DNA of 64,000 bases from Methylocella sp. (GCA_052146775.1 JBKQMI010000146.1:1207-65206); one strand, 5' to 3'. Positions 9,398-20,637 are shown, numbered from the stretch's first letter. Translations and numbers: made by a program. Notes: generated by a model from the sequence alone, not told the origin.

Positions 9398-9878
9398 GCC
9401 TTCCGACCTCGCCAACGACGAAATCCGCGACGACGAATGCGGCGGCGGCGACCTCGGGCGTCATCGGCGCGCCACCCTCAAAACAGCAACCCTCGACCGC
9501 GTAGACAATGATGTGTTTCGGCGCAATTTGGAGCGTGCGCGCAAGTGCGATCGCCTCCGCGAGGCCGAAAGCATGGCTTGACATGAACAAGCTGTCCTGC
9601 GGCAGTTCGCTCGTCGCAAGATCGATCCGGCTAATGCGGCCCGGCGCCGTCATCGGCCCGGCGGCGTCAACGCACACGAGGGCGTCGAAACCGGCGCAGT
9701 CGTCGATCAGGGAAATCATGTCGCCGCGCCGGGTCAGCAGCGCGACATCGGGCGGAAGCCGGCCGACAAGATTTTGGGCGACCATGGCGCCAACGCCATC
9801 ATCGCAACGGTCTGGATTGCCGAGGCCCGCCACGAGAACTTTGCGCGGCGAAACGCCTCGGTCGGCCGCGCCCGTCAT
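9297..9878 (-). CDS. Hydrogenase maturation endopeptidase (C-terminus derived from the repeat)
   Basis: [25 protein letters not shown]; ATGA overlap with the large-subunit stop. Confidence 0.88.
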   Translation of the reverse strand: MTGAADRGVSPRKVLVAGLGNPDRCDDGVGAMVAQNLVGRLPPDVALLTRRGDMISLIDDCAGFDALVCVDAAGPMTAPGRISRIDLATSELPQDSLFMSSHAFGLAEAIALARTLQIAPKHIIVYAVEGCCFEGGAPMTPEVAAAAFVVADFVVGEVGRLRALSGRMDPSVDKKSLQIQKLEHILVDQIESI

Positions 9879-11164
9879 GTTCGGCGCACCGACAGCTTCA
9901 GGAAATGCGTGGCGCATGAAATGCAAGGATCGAAATTTCGAATGGTCCGTTCGCATTGATCGCGAATGACATCGTCTGGCTGATGGAGCGTCGCCGTGGC
10001 GATCGCCGCAAGATCAGCCTCGATGGTCGGCTGGTTTTGCGACGTCGGGGGCACGATCCGCACCTCGCGGATTGAGCCGTCGGCGTCGAAACTGTACCGG
10101 TGCCAGCAAATGCCGCGCGGCGCCTCCGTGCAGCCGAAGCCGACGCCCCCGCGCGCCTCAACCGGAGCCGCAGCGGCGTCCGGCGATTGATACGCTTCGA
10201 TCAACCGCAGCGCCTCTTCGCACGCGTAGACGATCTCGAGAGCCCGCACGATGATGCTCTTGAACGGGTTGTTGCAGATGCGACCCAATCCGGCTTCCCG
10301 GGCAAGCGCCTGAACCGACGCAGGCAGGCGATCGAAATTCAGCCCATATCGCGCAAGCGGCCCGACGAGGTACGCGCCGCGTTTCTTCAAGACCGAATGC
10401 AGCGCGGTCGAATGCGCTGCCTGCCGCTCCTCGAACTCCGTCTCATAATCCGAAATGTCGATGTCGAGATCGCGATTGGAGACGAGCCGCCCTTCGTTGA
10501 ACGGATATTCATCCGGGTGACGCAGAGCCACGAACTCGTAGTCCCTCTCAAACTGCGGAAAAGGAAACGTCGCAACCCAGCGAACGAGACCGATCGCGAG
10601 GTCGTGCGCCCGCTTGAGATTTTCGGCGACGGGCGCAAGCTCCGCGCGGCTCGGAACCCGATGGAACCCGCCAACTTTGACGCTGACTGGATGAATCTCG
10701 CGCCCACCCAGAATGCGCATCAATTCGTTGCCCGTCTTCTTTAGCGCAAGACCGGCGCGGACGGCCTCGCCATGGTCGCGCGCCATCTGGATCGCATCGG
10801 GGAAGCCGAGGAAATCCGGCGCATGCAGCATCACGACATGCAGCGCATGGCTCTCAATCCATTCGCCGCAATAAATCAGCCGCCTCAGCGCCCGGAGCTG
10901 TCCTTCGACTTTGATTCCGAAGGCGTCCTCGATCGCATGGACGGCGCTCATCTGATAGGCGATCGGGCAGATGCCGCAGATGCGGGCGACAATGTCCGGG
11001 GTTTCAGCATAGCCCCGGCCGCGGAGAAACGCCTCGAAGAAGCGTGGCGGCTCGAAAATATTGAGCCGCGCCGACGTGACCCGGCCATCGCTGACCTCGA
11101 GGTCGAGCGCGCCTTCCCCCTCCACGCGCGTTAGAAGGTCGACCCGGATGGTTTTAGTCGCCAT
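9875..11164 (-). CDS. Group 3b [NiFe]-hydrogenase large (alpha) subunit
   Basis: [34 protein letters not shown] plus a cleavable C-terminal extension. Confidence 0.93.
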   Translation of the reverse strand: MATKTIRVDLLTRVEGEGALDLEVSDGRVTSARLNIFEPPRFFEAFLRGRGYAETPDIVARICGICPIAYQMSAVHAIEDAFGIKVEGQLRALRRLIYCGEWIESHALHVVMLHAPDFLGFPDAIQMARDHGEAVRAGLALKKTGNELMRILGGREIHPVSVKVGGFHRVPSRAELAPVAENLKRAHDLAIGLVRWVATFPFPQFERDYEFVALRHPDEYPFNEGRLVSNRDLDIDISDYETEFEERQAAHSTALHSVLKKRGAYLVGPLARYGLNFDRLPASVQALAREAGLGRICNNPFKSIIVRALEIVYACEEALRLIEAYQSPDAAAAPVEARGGVGFGCTEAPRGICWHRYSFDADGSIREVRIVPPTSQNQPTIEADLAAIATATLHQPDDVIRDQCERTIRNFDPCISCATHFLKLSVRRT

Positions 11165-11930
11165 GAGCCTTGCTCTCTGTCAGGAATGGCTCGGCGGCCG
11201 CGTTGAACGTCTGAAAGGCGCGGCGGATGTCGCGCGGCGCAGCGCCAAGCGCCTCCCATTCGCGGGCGAGCGCCGCTGTGTTCGGCGTCTCCATTGGGCC
11301 GTAGCAGCCGTAGCAGCCGCGCCGGAACGATGGGCAGATCGCGCCGCAGCCGGCATGGGTCACCGGCCCGAGACAAGGCGCGCCCTGCACCATCACGCAG
11401 ACGGCGCCGCGCTGCTTGCACTCGATACAGACGCTGTGAGCGGCGATCGCGGGCTTGCGCCCGGCAAGGAACGCCGAGATCACTTCGACGAGCTGCGCCT
11501 TATTGATCGGACAGCCGCGCAATTCATGGTCCACCGCAACATGGGCCGAGATCGGCGTCGATGTCGCCAGCGTCTCGATGTATTGCGGCGATGCATAGAC
11601 CGCGGCGACGAAGTCATTCACATCGGCGAAATTGCGCAAGGCCTGAATGCCTCCGGCGGTGGCGCAAGCGCCGATCGTGACGAGATGCTTCGATTGCCGC
11701 CGCACATCGAGGACGCGTTCGGCGTCATGCGCCGTGGTGATCGATCCCTCCACCAGGGAAAGATCGTAAGGGCCATCCTCCACAGCGCTCGACGCTTCCG
11801 GGAAATTGGCGATCCGCACCGCGCCGGCGAGGGTCAGAAGTTCGTCCTCGCAATCGAGCAAAGAGAGCTGGCATCCGTCGCAGGATGCGAATTTCCAGAC
11901 CGCGAGCCGGGGACGGTCTCGCTGGCTCAT
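11154..11930 (-). CDS. Group 3b hydrogenase small (delta) subunit
   Basis: [32 protein letters not shown]....GC.GC. Confidence 0.9.
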   Translation of the reverse strand: MSQRDRPRLAVWKFASCDGCQLSLLDCEDELLTLAGAVRIANFPEASSAVEDGPYDLSLVEGSITTAHDAERVLDVRRQSKHLVTIGACATAGGIQALRNFADVNDFVAAVYASPQYIETLATSTPISAHVAVDHELRGCPINKAQLVEVISAFLAGRKPAIAAHSVCIECKQRGAVCVMVQGAPCLGPVTHAGCGAICPSFRRGCYGCYGPMETPNTAALAREWEALGAAPRDIRRAFQTFNAAAEPFLTESKAHGD

Positions 11931-11931
11931 G

Positions 11932-12792
11932 TCAAACCTCCCGAACGCTGAAAATGGCGGCGATTTTATCGTAGCGCATCACCGGGCCGTCCTTGCAGAT
12001 AAAGCTTGGCCCGAATTGGCAGTGACCGCAAATGCCGATGGCGCATTTCATATTGCGCTCCATCGAAAGATAGATGCGGTCTGGAGCGACGCCAGCCTCG
12101 CGCAGAGCGCTCGCCGTGAAGCGCATCATCATCTCCGGTCCGCAGACCAGAGCAATGGCCTCACGAGGATCGAAAGCCGTTCGAGAAATCAGCGCTGGCG
12201 CAACGCCGACGTCGCCATGCCAATCGCCGTCCGCATGGTCGACGGTAATCTTGATCTCTATGTCGAGACGCTGGCGCCACTGCTCCAATTCGTTGCGGAA
12301 AAGTATGTCGCCGGGATTACGACAGCCAAAGAGAATGGCGATGCGGCCGTAGCGGCCGCGGTTCGCCAGAATGTCGTGGATCGCGGGACGCAGCGGCGCG
12401 AGGCCGAGGCCTCCGGCGACGATGACGACGTCCGACCCTTCAGCCGCCGCGACGGGCCAGCCTGCGCCGAACGGGCCGCGCAAGCCGACCGTCGCGCCCG
12501 CCTCCAGTTTGCCGATCGCCCCGCTCACGGCGCCCACATCGCGGACAGTGTGCGTGAAGACGGCGCCGTTTGCGCGGCCGGCGCTCACGCTGATCGCCGC
12601 TTCGCCAACGCCGAAGACATAGAGCATGTTGAACTGGCCGGGCTCGAAGTCCGGTCGCGAGCCTTCAAGCGGCGTGAGGTCCAGCGTCACGATGTCGGCG
12701 ATTTCGCGGCGCACCTCAGCAACGCGATAGATTTGCGGCAGGTAGGGATCGGGCGCGGGCGGCGCCATGTCAGCGCTTTCCATAAACATCAA
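11932..12792 (-). CDS. Group 3b hydrogenase gamma subunit (FAD/NAD(P)-binding, [2Fe-2S])
   Basis: [38 protein letters not shown]...C.DGPV. Confidence 0.9.
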   Translation of the reverse strand: MMFMESADMAPPAPDPYLPQIYRVAEVRREIADIVTLDLTPLEGSRPDFEPGQFNMLYVFGVGEAAISVSAGRANGAVFTHTVRDVGAVSGAIGKLEAGATVGLRGPFGAGWPVAAAEGSDVVIVAGGLGLAPLRPAIHDILANRGRYGRIAILFGCRNPGDILFRNELEQWRQRLDIEIKITVDHADGDWHGDVGVAPALISRTAFDPREAIALVCGPEMMMRFTASALREAGVAPDRIYLSMERNMKCAIGICGHCQFGPSFICKDGPVMRYDKIAAIFSVREV

Positions 12793-13249
12793 GGATCTGA
12801 AGTCTGGTCGCGTGCAGCCGCTTGACCAGAATCGGCAAGAAACGCTTCATCATCTCGTAGCCGAGATCATGGTCGGCCTCGCACTTTTCACGCAGGCACG
12901 CGGCGTCGATGCCGATCGCGCGCGTGAGAGTCACGGCGCGTGCGTCGAACATCCAACAATAAGGCGGGACAAGCCAGGAGGCGCCGACGATTTCGCCTTC
13001 GCCCAGCGTGGCGAAGACAATCGGCGCGTGGCCTGGCGAACCGATCTCAAGCGCCACCTTGCCGTGACGGACAAGAAAAAATTCGTTGGCGAGATCGCCT
13101 TCGCGAAACAAATATTGCCCCGCATCGAAGCGATGGTTCCGGGCGCAGCCAGCCACGAGCTGACCATGCTCGGGCGCCAAGCCGGCGAAGAAGGGGTGTT
13201 CCTTCACGATATGCTCGATATCCTCCACCTTACCCTCCCTTTCCCGCAT
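12770..13249 (-). CDS. Stand-alone cyclic-nucleotide-binding domain protein
   Basis: HPFF.GL, F.AG.YLFREG..A..FFLV..G.V, LG.GEIVG; no C-terminal HTH; overlaps both neighbours; start uncertain. Confidence 0.85.
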   Translation of the reverse strand: MREREGKVEDIEHIVKEHPFFAGLAPEHGQLVAGCARNHRFDAGQYLFREGDLANEFFLVRHGKVALEIGSPGHAPIVFATLGEGEIVGASWLVPPYCWMFDARAVTLTRAIGIDAACLREKCEADHDLGYEMMKRFLPILVKRLHATRLQILDVYGKR

Positions 13250-14378
13250 CGGGGGTCGCCCTGATGGCGGCGGCTTCCTCCGTCAGGTCGATGCCAGTGG
13301 GGCACCAGGTAATGCAGCGGCCGCAGCCGACGCAGCCGGAGACGCCGAACTGATCGATCCAGTTCGCGAGCTTGTGCGTCATCCATTGCCGGTAGCGCGA
13401 GCGGGCGGACTGCCGCACGCTGCCCCCGTGGATGTAGGAGAAATCCATTGTGAAGCAGGAATCCCACTTGCGGACGCGCTCGGCTGACGTTCCGGTGAGA
13501 TCGCTGTGGTCCTCGACCGTCGTGCAGAAGCAGGTCGGGCACACCATCGTGCAATTGCCACAGGTCAGGCAGCGTTCGGCGACGTCATCCCACCGCGGAT
13601 GGTTCAGATTGTCCTGGAGCAACTGCTTGATTCCATCGGTCTCAAGGCGGCGCCCCATCTGGCTCTCCGTACGAACGACGACAGCCTTCGCGGCCGCGAG
13701 ATGCGCGTCGGAGGCCGGACGGCGAGGCGTCTGTTCAAGCAGTTCGGCGCCAGCCTCGCTGCCGACTTCGACCAAAAACGCGTGGCCGCTTTCGTCGCAG
13801 AGTTCGGTCAGCGCCAGATCGAACCCTGAGTCCGCTTTCGGCCCCGTCCGCATGGACGCGCAGAAACAGGTCTCTCCCGCCTGCCCGCAATTGACCGCGA
13901 CGATGAAGGCGTCTCGCCGACGCTTCGCATAGGCGGCATCCGGGTACGGCCCTTCGCAGAAGACCCGATCCTGGATGGCGATGGCGTGGATCTCACAGGC
14001 GCGCACGCCAATGAAGGCGAATTTGGGAGGCGTATCGTCTCCCCTTGCGACCGTAATCCCGTCTTCGCCCTTGCGCGCCGTCCATAAAGTCTCGACCGGC
14101 GGATGCAGAAAGCGCTTCCAGGATTGGGGGCCGACGGCGAAACCAAAAAGCGCCTCATCGTCGCGACGCTCCAGGCGATAGCGTCCCGCCTCCTGGCGGT
14201 CAGTCCAGCCGACTGGCAAATCAAGGATTTGCGTGATTTTTTCATAGATAATCGCGCCATCCCGGATCGTCGGCCCCAGCACCTCGTAGCCCCTCGCGGC
14301 CAAAGCATCGATCAGCGCCTGCAAGCCGTCGCAGGCGATCATCGCTTTCGGCCCGCTTATAAAAGGATGCCCCGTCAT
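13230..14378 (-). CDS. Group 3b hydrogenase beta subunit (4Fe-4S dicluster, AsrA-like)
   Basis: [37 protein letters not shown]; start reset to MTGHPF. Confidence 0.9.
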   Translation of the reverse strand: MTGHPFISGPKAMIACDGLQALIDALAARGYEVLGPTIRDGAIIYEKITQILDLPVGWTDRQEAGRYRLERRDDEALFGFAVGPQSWKRFLHPPVETLWTARKGEDGITVARGDDTPPKFAFIGVRACEIHAIAIQDRVFCEGPYPDAAYAKRRRDAFIVAVNCGQAGETCFCASMRTGPKADSGFDLALTELCDESGHAFLVEVGSEAGAELLEQTPRRPASDAHLAAAKAVVVRTESQMGRRLETDGIKQLLQDNLNHPRWDDVAERCLTCGNCTMVCPTCFCTTVEDHSDLTGTSAERVRKWDSCFTMDFSYIHGGSVRQSARSRYRQWMTHKLANWIDQFGVSGCVGCGRCITWCPTGIDLTEEAAAIRATPDAGKGG

Positions 14379-14765
14379 TTCAGCTCCGCCGTAACAGACC
14401 TTTGAGGTGCGTCTTTCCAGCTGCGCCGCGGTTGACCTCGAAGCATAGTTTGCGGCGGATCGTTCCGCTCGATACCCCCGCCAAATTGGCGGCGACGACA
14501 TTGGCCTTCTTCTCGGTTACGGTTCGGTCGCTGGCGATGCCGGAACCTCGTTAAGCGCGAGGACCAAAACCGCGTGAGAAACCTCGGCCGGCTCCGGCTT
14601 GAAACGCCGCCTTCAGGCTCCGCCGAACATCGGCGCCAAATCCTGCATTTGTCCTTGCGGAGTGTGCCACATTCGCCTTTGTTTGTCTAAAGCTCGCCGA
14701 TAGCTTATGGACGAGAAACAGAACTCATCCGCCGCTGCCCGGCAAGTTCACGGCGCGAATCCAAC

Positions 14766-15389
14766 ATGAATCTGAAGCCCCAAAATTTGGAGGAAATCGC
14801 AGCCCGCACACTGGAGCAGTACGAGCGGCGCGCCGAAGCGTTCTGGCAAGGAACGCGCGAGCACGACGTCAGTCAGAACATCGCGGCGATGCTGCAATAT
14901 GTCGCTGGCGATGGCCGTCTGACGCTGCTTGATTTTGGCTGCGGGCCCGGGCGCGACCTCAAAGCCTTCAGCGAACTCGGCCACATCGCGATCGGTTTGG
15001 AAGGAGCCGCGCGCTTCGCCGACATGGCGCGCTCCTATAGCGGCTGCGAAGTCTGGCGGCAGGACTTTCTCAAACTGGATCTTCCCGACGAGCATTTCGA
15101 CGGCGTATTCGCCAACGCAACGCTATTTCACATCCCGAGCCAGGAGTTGCCGCGCGTATTGCTCGAATTGCATGCCTGTCTGAAGCCGGGCGGCGTGCTG
15201 TTCAGCTCGATCCCGCACGGAAATAATGAGGAAGGCTGGAGCGACGGGCGCTACGGCGTGTATCATGAGCCGGAGAGCTGGCGCCGCTATGTGTCGGCGG
15301 CGGGATTTGTCGAACTCGCTCACTATTACCGCCCCGCCGGCCTGCCGCGCGACAGGCAGCCGTGGCTGGCGAGCGTCTGGCGCCGGTGA
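14766..15389 (+). CDS. Class I SAM-dependent methyltransferase
   Basis: LLDFGCGPGRD motif I, FDGVFANA, LKPGGVLF. Confidence 0.88.
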   Translation: MNLKPQNLEEIAARTLEQYERRAEAFWQGTREHDVSQNIAAMLQYVAGDGRLTLLDFGCGPGRDLKAFSELGHIAIGLEGAARFADMARSYSGCEVWRQDFLKLDLPDEHFDGVFANATLFHIPSQELPRVLLELHACLKPGGVLFSSIPHGNNEEGWSDGRYGVYHEPESWRRYVSAAGFVELAHYYRPAGLPRDRQPWLASVWRR

Positions 15390-15419
15390 GGACATCGCGC
15401 CGTAAATGATTTCTTCGCC

Positions 15420-15824
15420 TTAGTTCAGCCGCCCGGGCGAAGACGGCGAGGCCCCCATATTGACGAGCGGAGCGAGCGGACCGGCCTGATGGTGAATCAT
15501 TCGCCAGGCGCCATCGACGCGTCTGAACCAGTTGGTTGCGACAAGCGCCATCGCGCCCGCGATTTCGATGCAAAAAACGCGGCCTTCGCCTCCCGAAACC
15601 AGCGCCCGCTCGTCTTGAGGCTGAACTGCCTCCTGCGAAGCATTGCGCAGAATATTGCGATAGGAAAGCAGAACGGATTCTCGACCGATCAAAGCCGGCC
15701 ATCCCGGATGGACGCAGGAAACGTCGTCGTCGGCCCAGATTTCGGACATGCTAGCGAAATCAGCTGCGCCAAACGCTCGGTAATAGGCTGCATTCGCAGC
15801 CAGAATTCCATCTTCGTCAGTCAT
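15420..15824 (-). CDS. SnoaL/NTF2-like family protein
   Basis: AANAAYY.AF...D...M..IWA, CVHPGW..L.GR..V, ATN.F, WRMIHH. Confidence 0.8.
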   Translation of the reverse strand: MTDEDGILAANAAYYRAFGAADFASMSEIWADDDVSCVHPGWPALIGRESVLLSYRNILRNASQEAVQPQDERALVSGGEGRVFCIEIAGAMALVATNWFRRVDGAWRMIHHQAGPLAPLVNMGASPSSPGRLN

Positions 15825-16002
15825 TGTCCGCTGCTCGCAGATGACGACGCCGCCGCGAATGCTCAAGAGCGTTCCTGGCGTTGAGACGGGGCGCGCTCGC
15901 GACCTGCATTACCCTCTGGTCGCGCATGAAGGCAAGCAGATCTTGAGCTGATCTCGGGCAAGAGATCCGGCAGGCGCTTTCCAGCGTCAACGGCGAAGGC
16001 GG

Positions 16003-16617
16003 TCAGAGGGCGCCCAGCACCAGAGCGACCCCGCTCGCGCAGACCGCCGCGCCGGCCGCGCGCACCCACACCGCACCCAAGCGATCGCCGAGGCGACCGA
16101 TGACGAAGCCAAGTCCAATGCCGACAAGGTGCAAAAGAGCGGTTCCCAGCATGAACCCAAGTCCATAAGAGAGCCCCCCCGCGTTCTCCGGCATCTCCGC
16201 GCCATGCGCATGACCATGGAAGATAGCCATAAGCCCGACAAGACCCATGGCCGCCGCCAGCGGCGGCTTGACGCCGAGCGCCACCACCGCGCCAAGCACG
16301 ACCACGGAAAGCGCGATGCCAAGCTCCACGAAGGGAAGACCGATGCCGGCCATGCCGAGCGCTCCACCGAGCGCCATGATGGTGACGAAAGCGGCCGGCA
16401 CTGCCCAAAGCGCGCGACCGCCGAGCTGCCAGGCGAAGACGCCGACCGTCACCATTGCGAGAATGTGATCGATGCCGGACACGGGATGCATGAAGCCATG
16501 TACGAAACCCTGGGTGGGGCCGACGCCGGTATGGGCGAATGCGAGGGAGGGCGCCAGCGCGAGAGCGCCAGCGACGCATCCGGTGCGGAACAGGGCGCGG
16601 AAGAAGGAACGTGTCAT
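16003..16617 (-). CDS. hupE: HupE/UreJ nickel permease
   Basis: Signal peptide AFAH, HP..GIDHILAM, FHGHAHG.E. Confidence 0.92.
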   Translation of the reverse strand: MTRSFFRALFRTGCVAGALALAPSLAFAHTGVGPTQGFVHGFMHPVSGIDHILAMVTVGVFAWQLGGRALWAVPAAFVTIMALGGALGMAGIGLPFVELGIALSVVVLGAVVALGVKPPLAAAMGLVGLMAIFHGHAHGAEMPENAGGLSYGLGFMLGTALLHLVGIGLGFVIGRLGDRLGAVWVRAAGAAVCASGVALVLGAL

Positions 16618-16649
16618 CGAAAGACTCCTGAGGGTTTGACTGTCAGCGT

Positions 16650-17717
16650 TCAGCAGATCCGGGGCAATTGATCGCCGACGAGCATGTCGACGATGCGCTC
16701 ACCTCCAAAACAGGTCTCCATCACGACCCGGCCGGGCCTTGCCGCCACGATGGATCCGATGGCGGTCGCCTCCCGGCCCAGCGGATGGGCGCGCCAGGCG
16801 GCCAGCGCCGCCGCCGCCTCCGCAATGGGGACCACGACGACCAGCTTGCCTTCATTGGCGAGATAAAGCGGGTCGAGGCCGAGAATCTCGCAAAATCCCG
16901 TCACTTCAGGACGGATCGGCAAATCCTGCTCCCGAATGCGCACGCCCACTTTGCTGGCCTCGGCGAGTTCGTTCAGCACAGCCGCGACGCCGCCGCGCGT
17001 CGCGTCGCGCATCATCCGGACGCCGGGCGCCGCCTCGACCAGCGCCGCGACCAGATCATGCAGCGGCGCGCAATCGCTTGCGATGGTCGTCTCAAGGGCG
17101 AGATCGCCGCGCGCATTAAGGATCGCCGCGCCGTGATCGCCGAGCAGGCCGTTGACCAGCACGACGTCGCCGGGGCGGGCGCGATCAATTCCCACATGCA
17201 GGCCGGCGCGCACCACGCCAATGCCGGTTGTGGTCACGAACAGCTTGTCGCAGGCGCCGCGCGCCACGACCTTGGTGTCGCCGGTGACGATGGATACGCC
17301 CGCCTCCGCCGCCGCGCGCGCCATCGAACTCGCGATCCGCCGCAGCGTGTCGACGGGCAGGCCTTCCTCGATGATGACGGCGCAGGACAAGGCCACGGGG
17401 CGCGCGCCGCCCACAGCCAGATCGTTGATGGTTCCGCACACGGCCAGCGCGCCAATGTCCCCGCCGGGGAAAAACAGGGGATCCACCACGAAGGAGTCGG
17501 TGGTGAAGGCGAGGCGGTCGCCGAGCGCCATGAGCGCTTGAAGGTCGAAGCGCGCCTGGTCCTCCGCCGGCGGGTGGGCGACGCCGGCGAATGTCTCGAG
17601 GAACACGTCCTCGATGAGGTCGCGCATCGCTGTGCCGCCGCCGCCATGCGCGAGGGTCACGGCAGCCTGGGTCACCCGGCGCGGGCGGCGCGCCGCCGCA
17701 TCGAAGGGAATGTTCAT
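16650..17717 (-). CDS. hypE: Carbamoyl dehydratase HypE
   Basis: HGGGG, TTDSFVV.PLFFPGGDIG, RDATRGG, ANEGK, terminal PRIC; start reset to MNIPF. Confidence 0.95.
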   Translation of the reverse strand: MNIPFDAAARRPRRVTQAAVTLAHGGGGTAMRDLIEDVFLETFAGVAHPPAEDQARFDLQALMALGDRLAFTTDSFVVDPLFFPGGDIGALAVCGTINDLAVGGARPVALSCAVIIEEGLPVDTLRRIASSMARAAAEAGVSIVTGDTKVVARGACDKLFVTTTGIGVVRAGLHVGIDRARPGDVVLVNGLLGDHGAAILNARGDLALETTIASDCAPLHDLVAALVEAAPGVRMMRDATRGGVAAVLNELAEASKVGVRIREQDLPIRPEVTGFCEILGLDPLYLANEGKLVVVVPIAEAAAALAAWRAHPLGREATAIGSIVAARPGRVVMETCFGGERIVDMLVGDQLPRIC

Positions 17718-18835
17718 GCCGCCCCCCGCATGCCGCCATATTGGTGATAGGCCGCGCAGGCGCCTTCGGATGAGACCATCAGCGCGCCGAGCGGGGTGTC
17801 CGGCGTGCAGGCGCCGCCGAATGCCGCGCAGGCCCAGGGCTTGAGCGCGCCCGTGAGCACTTCGCCGCAGCGGCAGGCGGCGGGATCGGCCACTTTGACG
17901 TCCGGCACCGCGAAGCGCCGCTCCGCGTCGAAGGCGGCGTAAGGCGCGCGCAGCCGCACGCCCGAATCGGCGATGGAGCCCAGTCCGCGCCACTCGAACG
18001 TCGGTCGCGGTTCGTAAACCTCGGCGACGGCGGCGAGCGCGGCCGCATTGCCATGTTCGGGCGCGACGCGCGCATATTGGTTCTCGATCGCCGCGCGCCC
18101 TTCCGCCAGCTGACGCAGCACCATCAGAAGCGATTGGAGCAGGTCGATCGGCTCGAATCCGGACACGACCAGCGGGCGGCCGAACTCCTCCGCGATAAAG
18201 CGATACGGCGCCGTGCCGATCACCATGGAGACGTGCCCCGGCCCGATGAAGCCGTCGATGCCAAAGTTTGGCTGCGTCAAGAGCGCGCGCAGCGTTGGAA
18301 TGATGGTGATGTGGTTGCAAAACACGGAGAAGTTGGCGATCCCCTCGCGCGCCGCCCGCAGCACGGTGAGCGCGGTGGAGGGCATCGTCGTCTCGAAGCC
18401 GAGGCCGAAAAACACGACGTGCCGGTCGTGGCAGCGGCGCGCCAGCGCCAGCGCGTCGAGCGGCGAATAGACCATGCGCACATCGGCGCCGTCCGCTCTC
18501 GCCTGCAGCAGGCTCTTGCGGGAGCCGGGCACGCGCATGGCGTCGCCGAAGGTGGCGAAGATCACCTCCGGCCGCTCGGCGATGGCGACGCAGTCATCCA
18601 CCCGCCCCATGGGCAGGACGCAGACCGGGCATCCAGGTCCATGGACGAACTCGATGATGTCCGGCAACAGGCCCTCCAGCCCGTACCGGAAGATGGCGTG
18701 GGTGTGCCCGCCGCACACCTCCATGACGGCGATGGGGCTCTGGCGCCCGCGCTCGAGGCGTGCGGCCAGCGTCCCGATCTCCCGGATCAGGCCGGCGGCG
18801 AGGGCGGGATCGCGGAATTCCGTCACGAAGCGCAT
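17714..18835 (-). CDS. hypD: Hydrogenase maturation factor HypD
   Basis: MEVCGGHTH, GPGCPVC, GFETT, PGHVS, MVSSEGACAA; start reset to MRFVTEFRD. Confidence 0.95.
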   Translation of the reverse strand: MRFVTEFRDPALAAGLIREIGTLAARLERGRQSPIAVMEVCGGHTHAIFRYGLEGLLPDIIEFVHGPGCPVCVLPMGRVDDCVAIAERPEVIFATFGDAMRVPGSRKSLLQARADGADVRMVYSPLDALALARRCHDRHVVFFGLGFETTMPSTALTVLRAAREGIANFSVFCNHITIIPTLRALLTQPNFGIDGFIGPGHVSMVIGTAPYRFIAEEFGRPLVVSGFEPIDLLQSLLMVLRQLAEGRAAIENQYARVAPEHGNAAALAAVAEVYEPRPTFEWRGLGSIADSGVRLRAPYAAFDAERRFAVPDVKVADPAACRCGEVLTGALKPWACAAFGGACTPDTPLGALMVSSEGACAAYHQYGGMRGAA

Positions 18836-19143
18836 GGGTTGCTCTCTTTGTCGGCGAGCGGCGGCGCGGCGGCGCTGTCGCGCATGGCTTCGATCTCGGC
18901 GTCCGCCTCGCCGATTTCCGCGAGAATCTTGAGGGTCGCAGCGGCCTCGTCTTCGTCGATCCGGCTCATGGCGAAGCCGACGTGGACCAGCACCCACACG
19001 CCGATCAGCGTTTCGAGAGGCCGCCCGGGCTCGGCGACGCACGCGACGTCGACGGCGCGGCGAACGCCCGAGATCTCCGCCACCGCCAGCATCGCATCGC
19101 CGTCCGCGATGGCGACGATCTGTCCGGGAATGCCAAGACACAT
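18823..19143 (-). CDS. hypC: Hydrogenase chaperone HypC
   Basis: MCLGIPG; WVLVHVGFAMSRIDE. Confidence 0.93.
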   Translation of the reverse strand: MCLGIPGQIVAIADGDAMLAVAEISGVRRAVDVACVAEPGRPLETLIGVWVLVHVGFAMSRIDEDEAAATLKILAEIGEADAEIEAMRDSAAAPPLADKESNPCAS

Positions 19144-19169
19144 GGGTTCATCTCCTCAACGGGGGCGCC

Positions 19170-20633
19170 TCAATGGGGGGCGAAAGTGCGGCCGCGGGCG
19201 ATTCCGTAGCGGTCGAGTTTAGCCCGCAGGCCGACGCGGGAGAGGCCAAGTTCTTCGGCGGCGCGGCTTTTGTTCCAGCGGCAGCGCACCAGCGTCTCCG
19301 TCAGGATTGACGCCTCCATGCGCTCGATGCGGTCCCTCAAAGGGCCGCCGCCCTCCGGCAGCGCGATGTCGCGCGCGTCGCTTTCCACAGCCGCCGCGGC
19401 GCGCACCACATGGGGGGACAGAAGGTCGGCGCCAAGATGCTGGCCGGTGGCGAGCACAAGCATGCGCAAGACCTCGTTTTGCATCTCGCGGACATTGCCC
19501 GGCCAGTCATAGGCCTCAAGGGTGGCGATCGCCTCCTCGGTGAAGCCTTTCAGTTTCTTTCCGTGCTGGCTGGAGAGCGCGTCGAGAATGGCGCAGGCGA
19601 GCACTTTCAGATCGCCGCGGCGACTGCGCAGCGGCGGCATGACGAGCACCATGGCCGAGAGGCGATAAAACAAATCTTCCCGGAAGCGGCTGGCGCTCAC
19701 CTCCCGGGCGAGATCGCGATGCGTCGCCGCGAGCACGCGGACATTGACCCGCTTGGCCTCGTTCGAGCCAACCGGGCGGATCTCGCCTTCCTGCAGGAAT
19801 CGCAGCAGTTTCACCTGGAATGGAGGAGAGACGTCGCCGATCTCGTCGAGAAGCACGGTGCCGCCATCCGCCTGGTCGAGCAGGCCGACGCGGGTGACGT
19901 GCGCGCCGGTGAACGCTCCCTTTTTGTGGCCGAAAAGCTCCGATTCCAGCAGTTCGTCCGGAATCGCCCCGCAATTGACGGCGAAGAAGGCGCGATCCGA
20001 GCGAAGGCTGGAATAATGTATGGCGCGAGCCAGCAATTCCTTGCCAGTGCCGGTCTCCCCCTGGATCAGCACAGGGACGTCGAACACCGCCACCTGCGCC
20101 GCCTGGCGGCAGGTTTCGGTCAGCGGGCTGCCGGGAGCGCGGATCAGCGTATCGAAATTGAAGTTGCGCGCGACCCGATCGCGCTGGATGGCCAGCCGCG
20201 CCTCGGCGACGGGAGCCGCGAGCTTAAGCTCCAGCGACAGGCGTTGGTGATCGCGCTGAAGGCCGAACAGATGGGTGGCGTTGCGCGCCGCCAGCACCAG
20301 CTGATCCGGGTGCCAGGGCTTTGTGATGAACTGGTAAATGCCGGCCTCGTTGATGGCGCCGATCATGTCCTCGGGTTCGGTGTAGCCGGTGACGATGATG
20401 CGGACGATCTCCGGCCAGCGCTCGCGCACTTCGGTGAGGAAAGCGATGCCTGAGACTTCCGGCATGCGCTGATCGCAGAAGACCGCCTGCACCCACTCGT
20501 TCTCAAGGATGCGCAAGGCGTCCGCCGCGCCGAGCGCGGTGAAAACCTCGAACTCCTCCCCGAGCGCGCGCGCCATGACCTCGACGGAGCGCGGCTCGTC
20601 GTCGACCAGGAGCAAAGTCGGGCGCGAACTCAT
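19170..20633 (-). CDS. hupR: NtrC-family response regulator HupR/HoxA
   Basis: Receiver LLVDDE/DQRMP/KPW; AAA GETGTGKE, intact GAFTGA, DEIGD; Fis-type HTH; start reset to MSSRPT. Confidence 0.92.
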   Translation of the reverse strand: MSSRPTLLLVDDEPRSVEVMARALGEEFEVFTALGAADALRILENEWVQAVFCDQRMPEVSGIAFLTEVRERWPEIVRIIVTGYTEPEDMIGAINEAGIYQFITKPWHPDQLVLAARNATHLFGLQRDHQRLSLELKLAAPVAEARLAIQRDRVARNFNFDTLIRAPGSPLTETCRQAAQVAVFDVPVLIQGETGTGKELLARAIHYSSLRSDRAFFAVNCGAIPDELLESELFGHKKGAFTGAHVTRVGLLDQADGGTVLLDEIGDVSPPFQVKLLRFLQEGEIRPVGSNEAKRVNVRVLAATHRDLAREVSASRFREDLFYRLSAMVLVMPPLRSRRGDLKVLACAILDALSSQHGKKLKGFTEEAIATLEAYDWPGNVREMQNEVLRMLVLATGQHLGADLLSPHVVRAAAAVESDARDIALPEGGGPLRDRIERMEASILTETLVRCRWNKSRAAEELGLSRVGLRAKLDRYGIARGRTFAPH

Positions 20634-20637
20634 GTGG

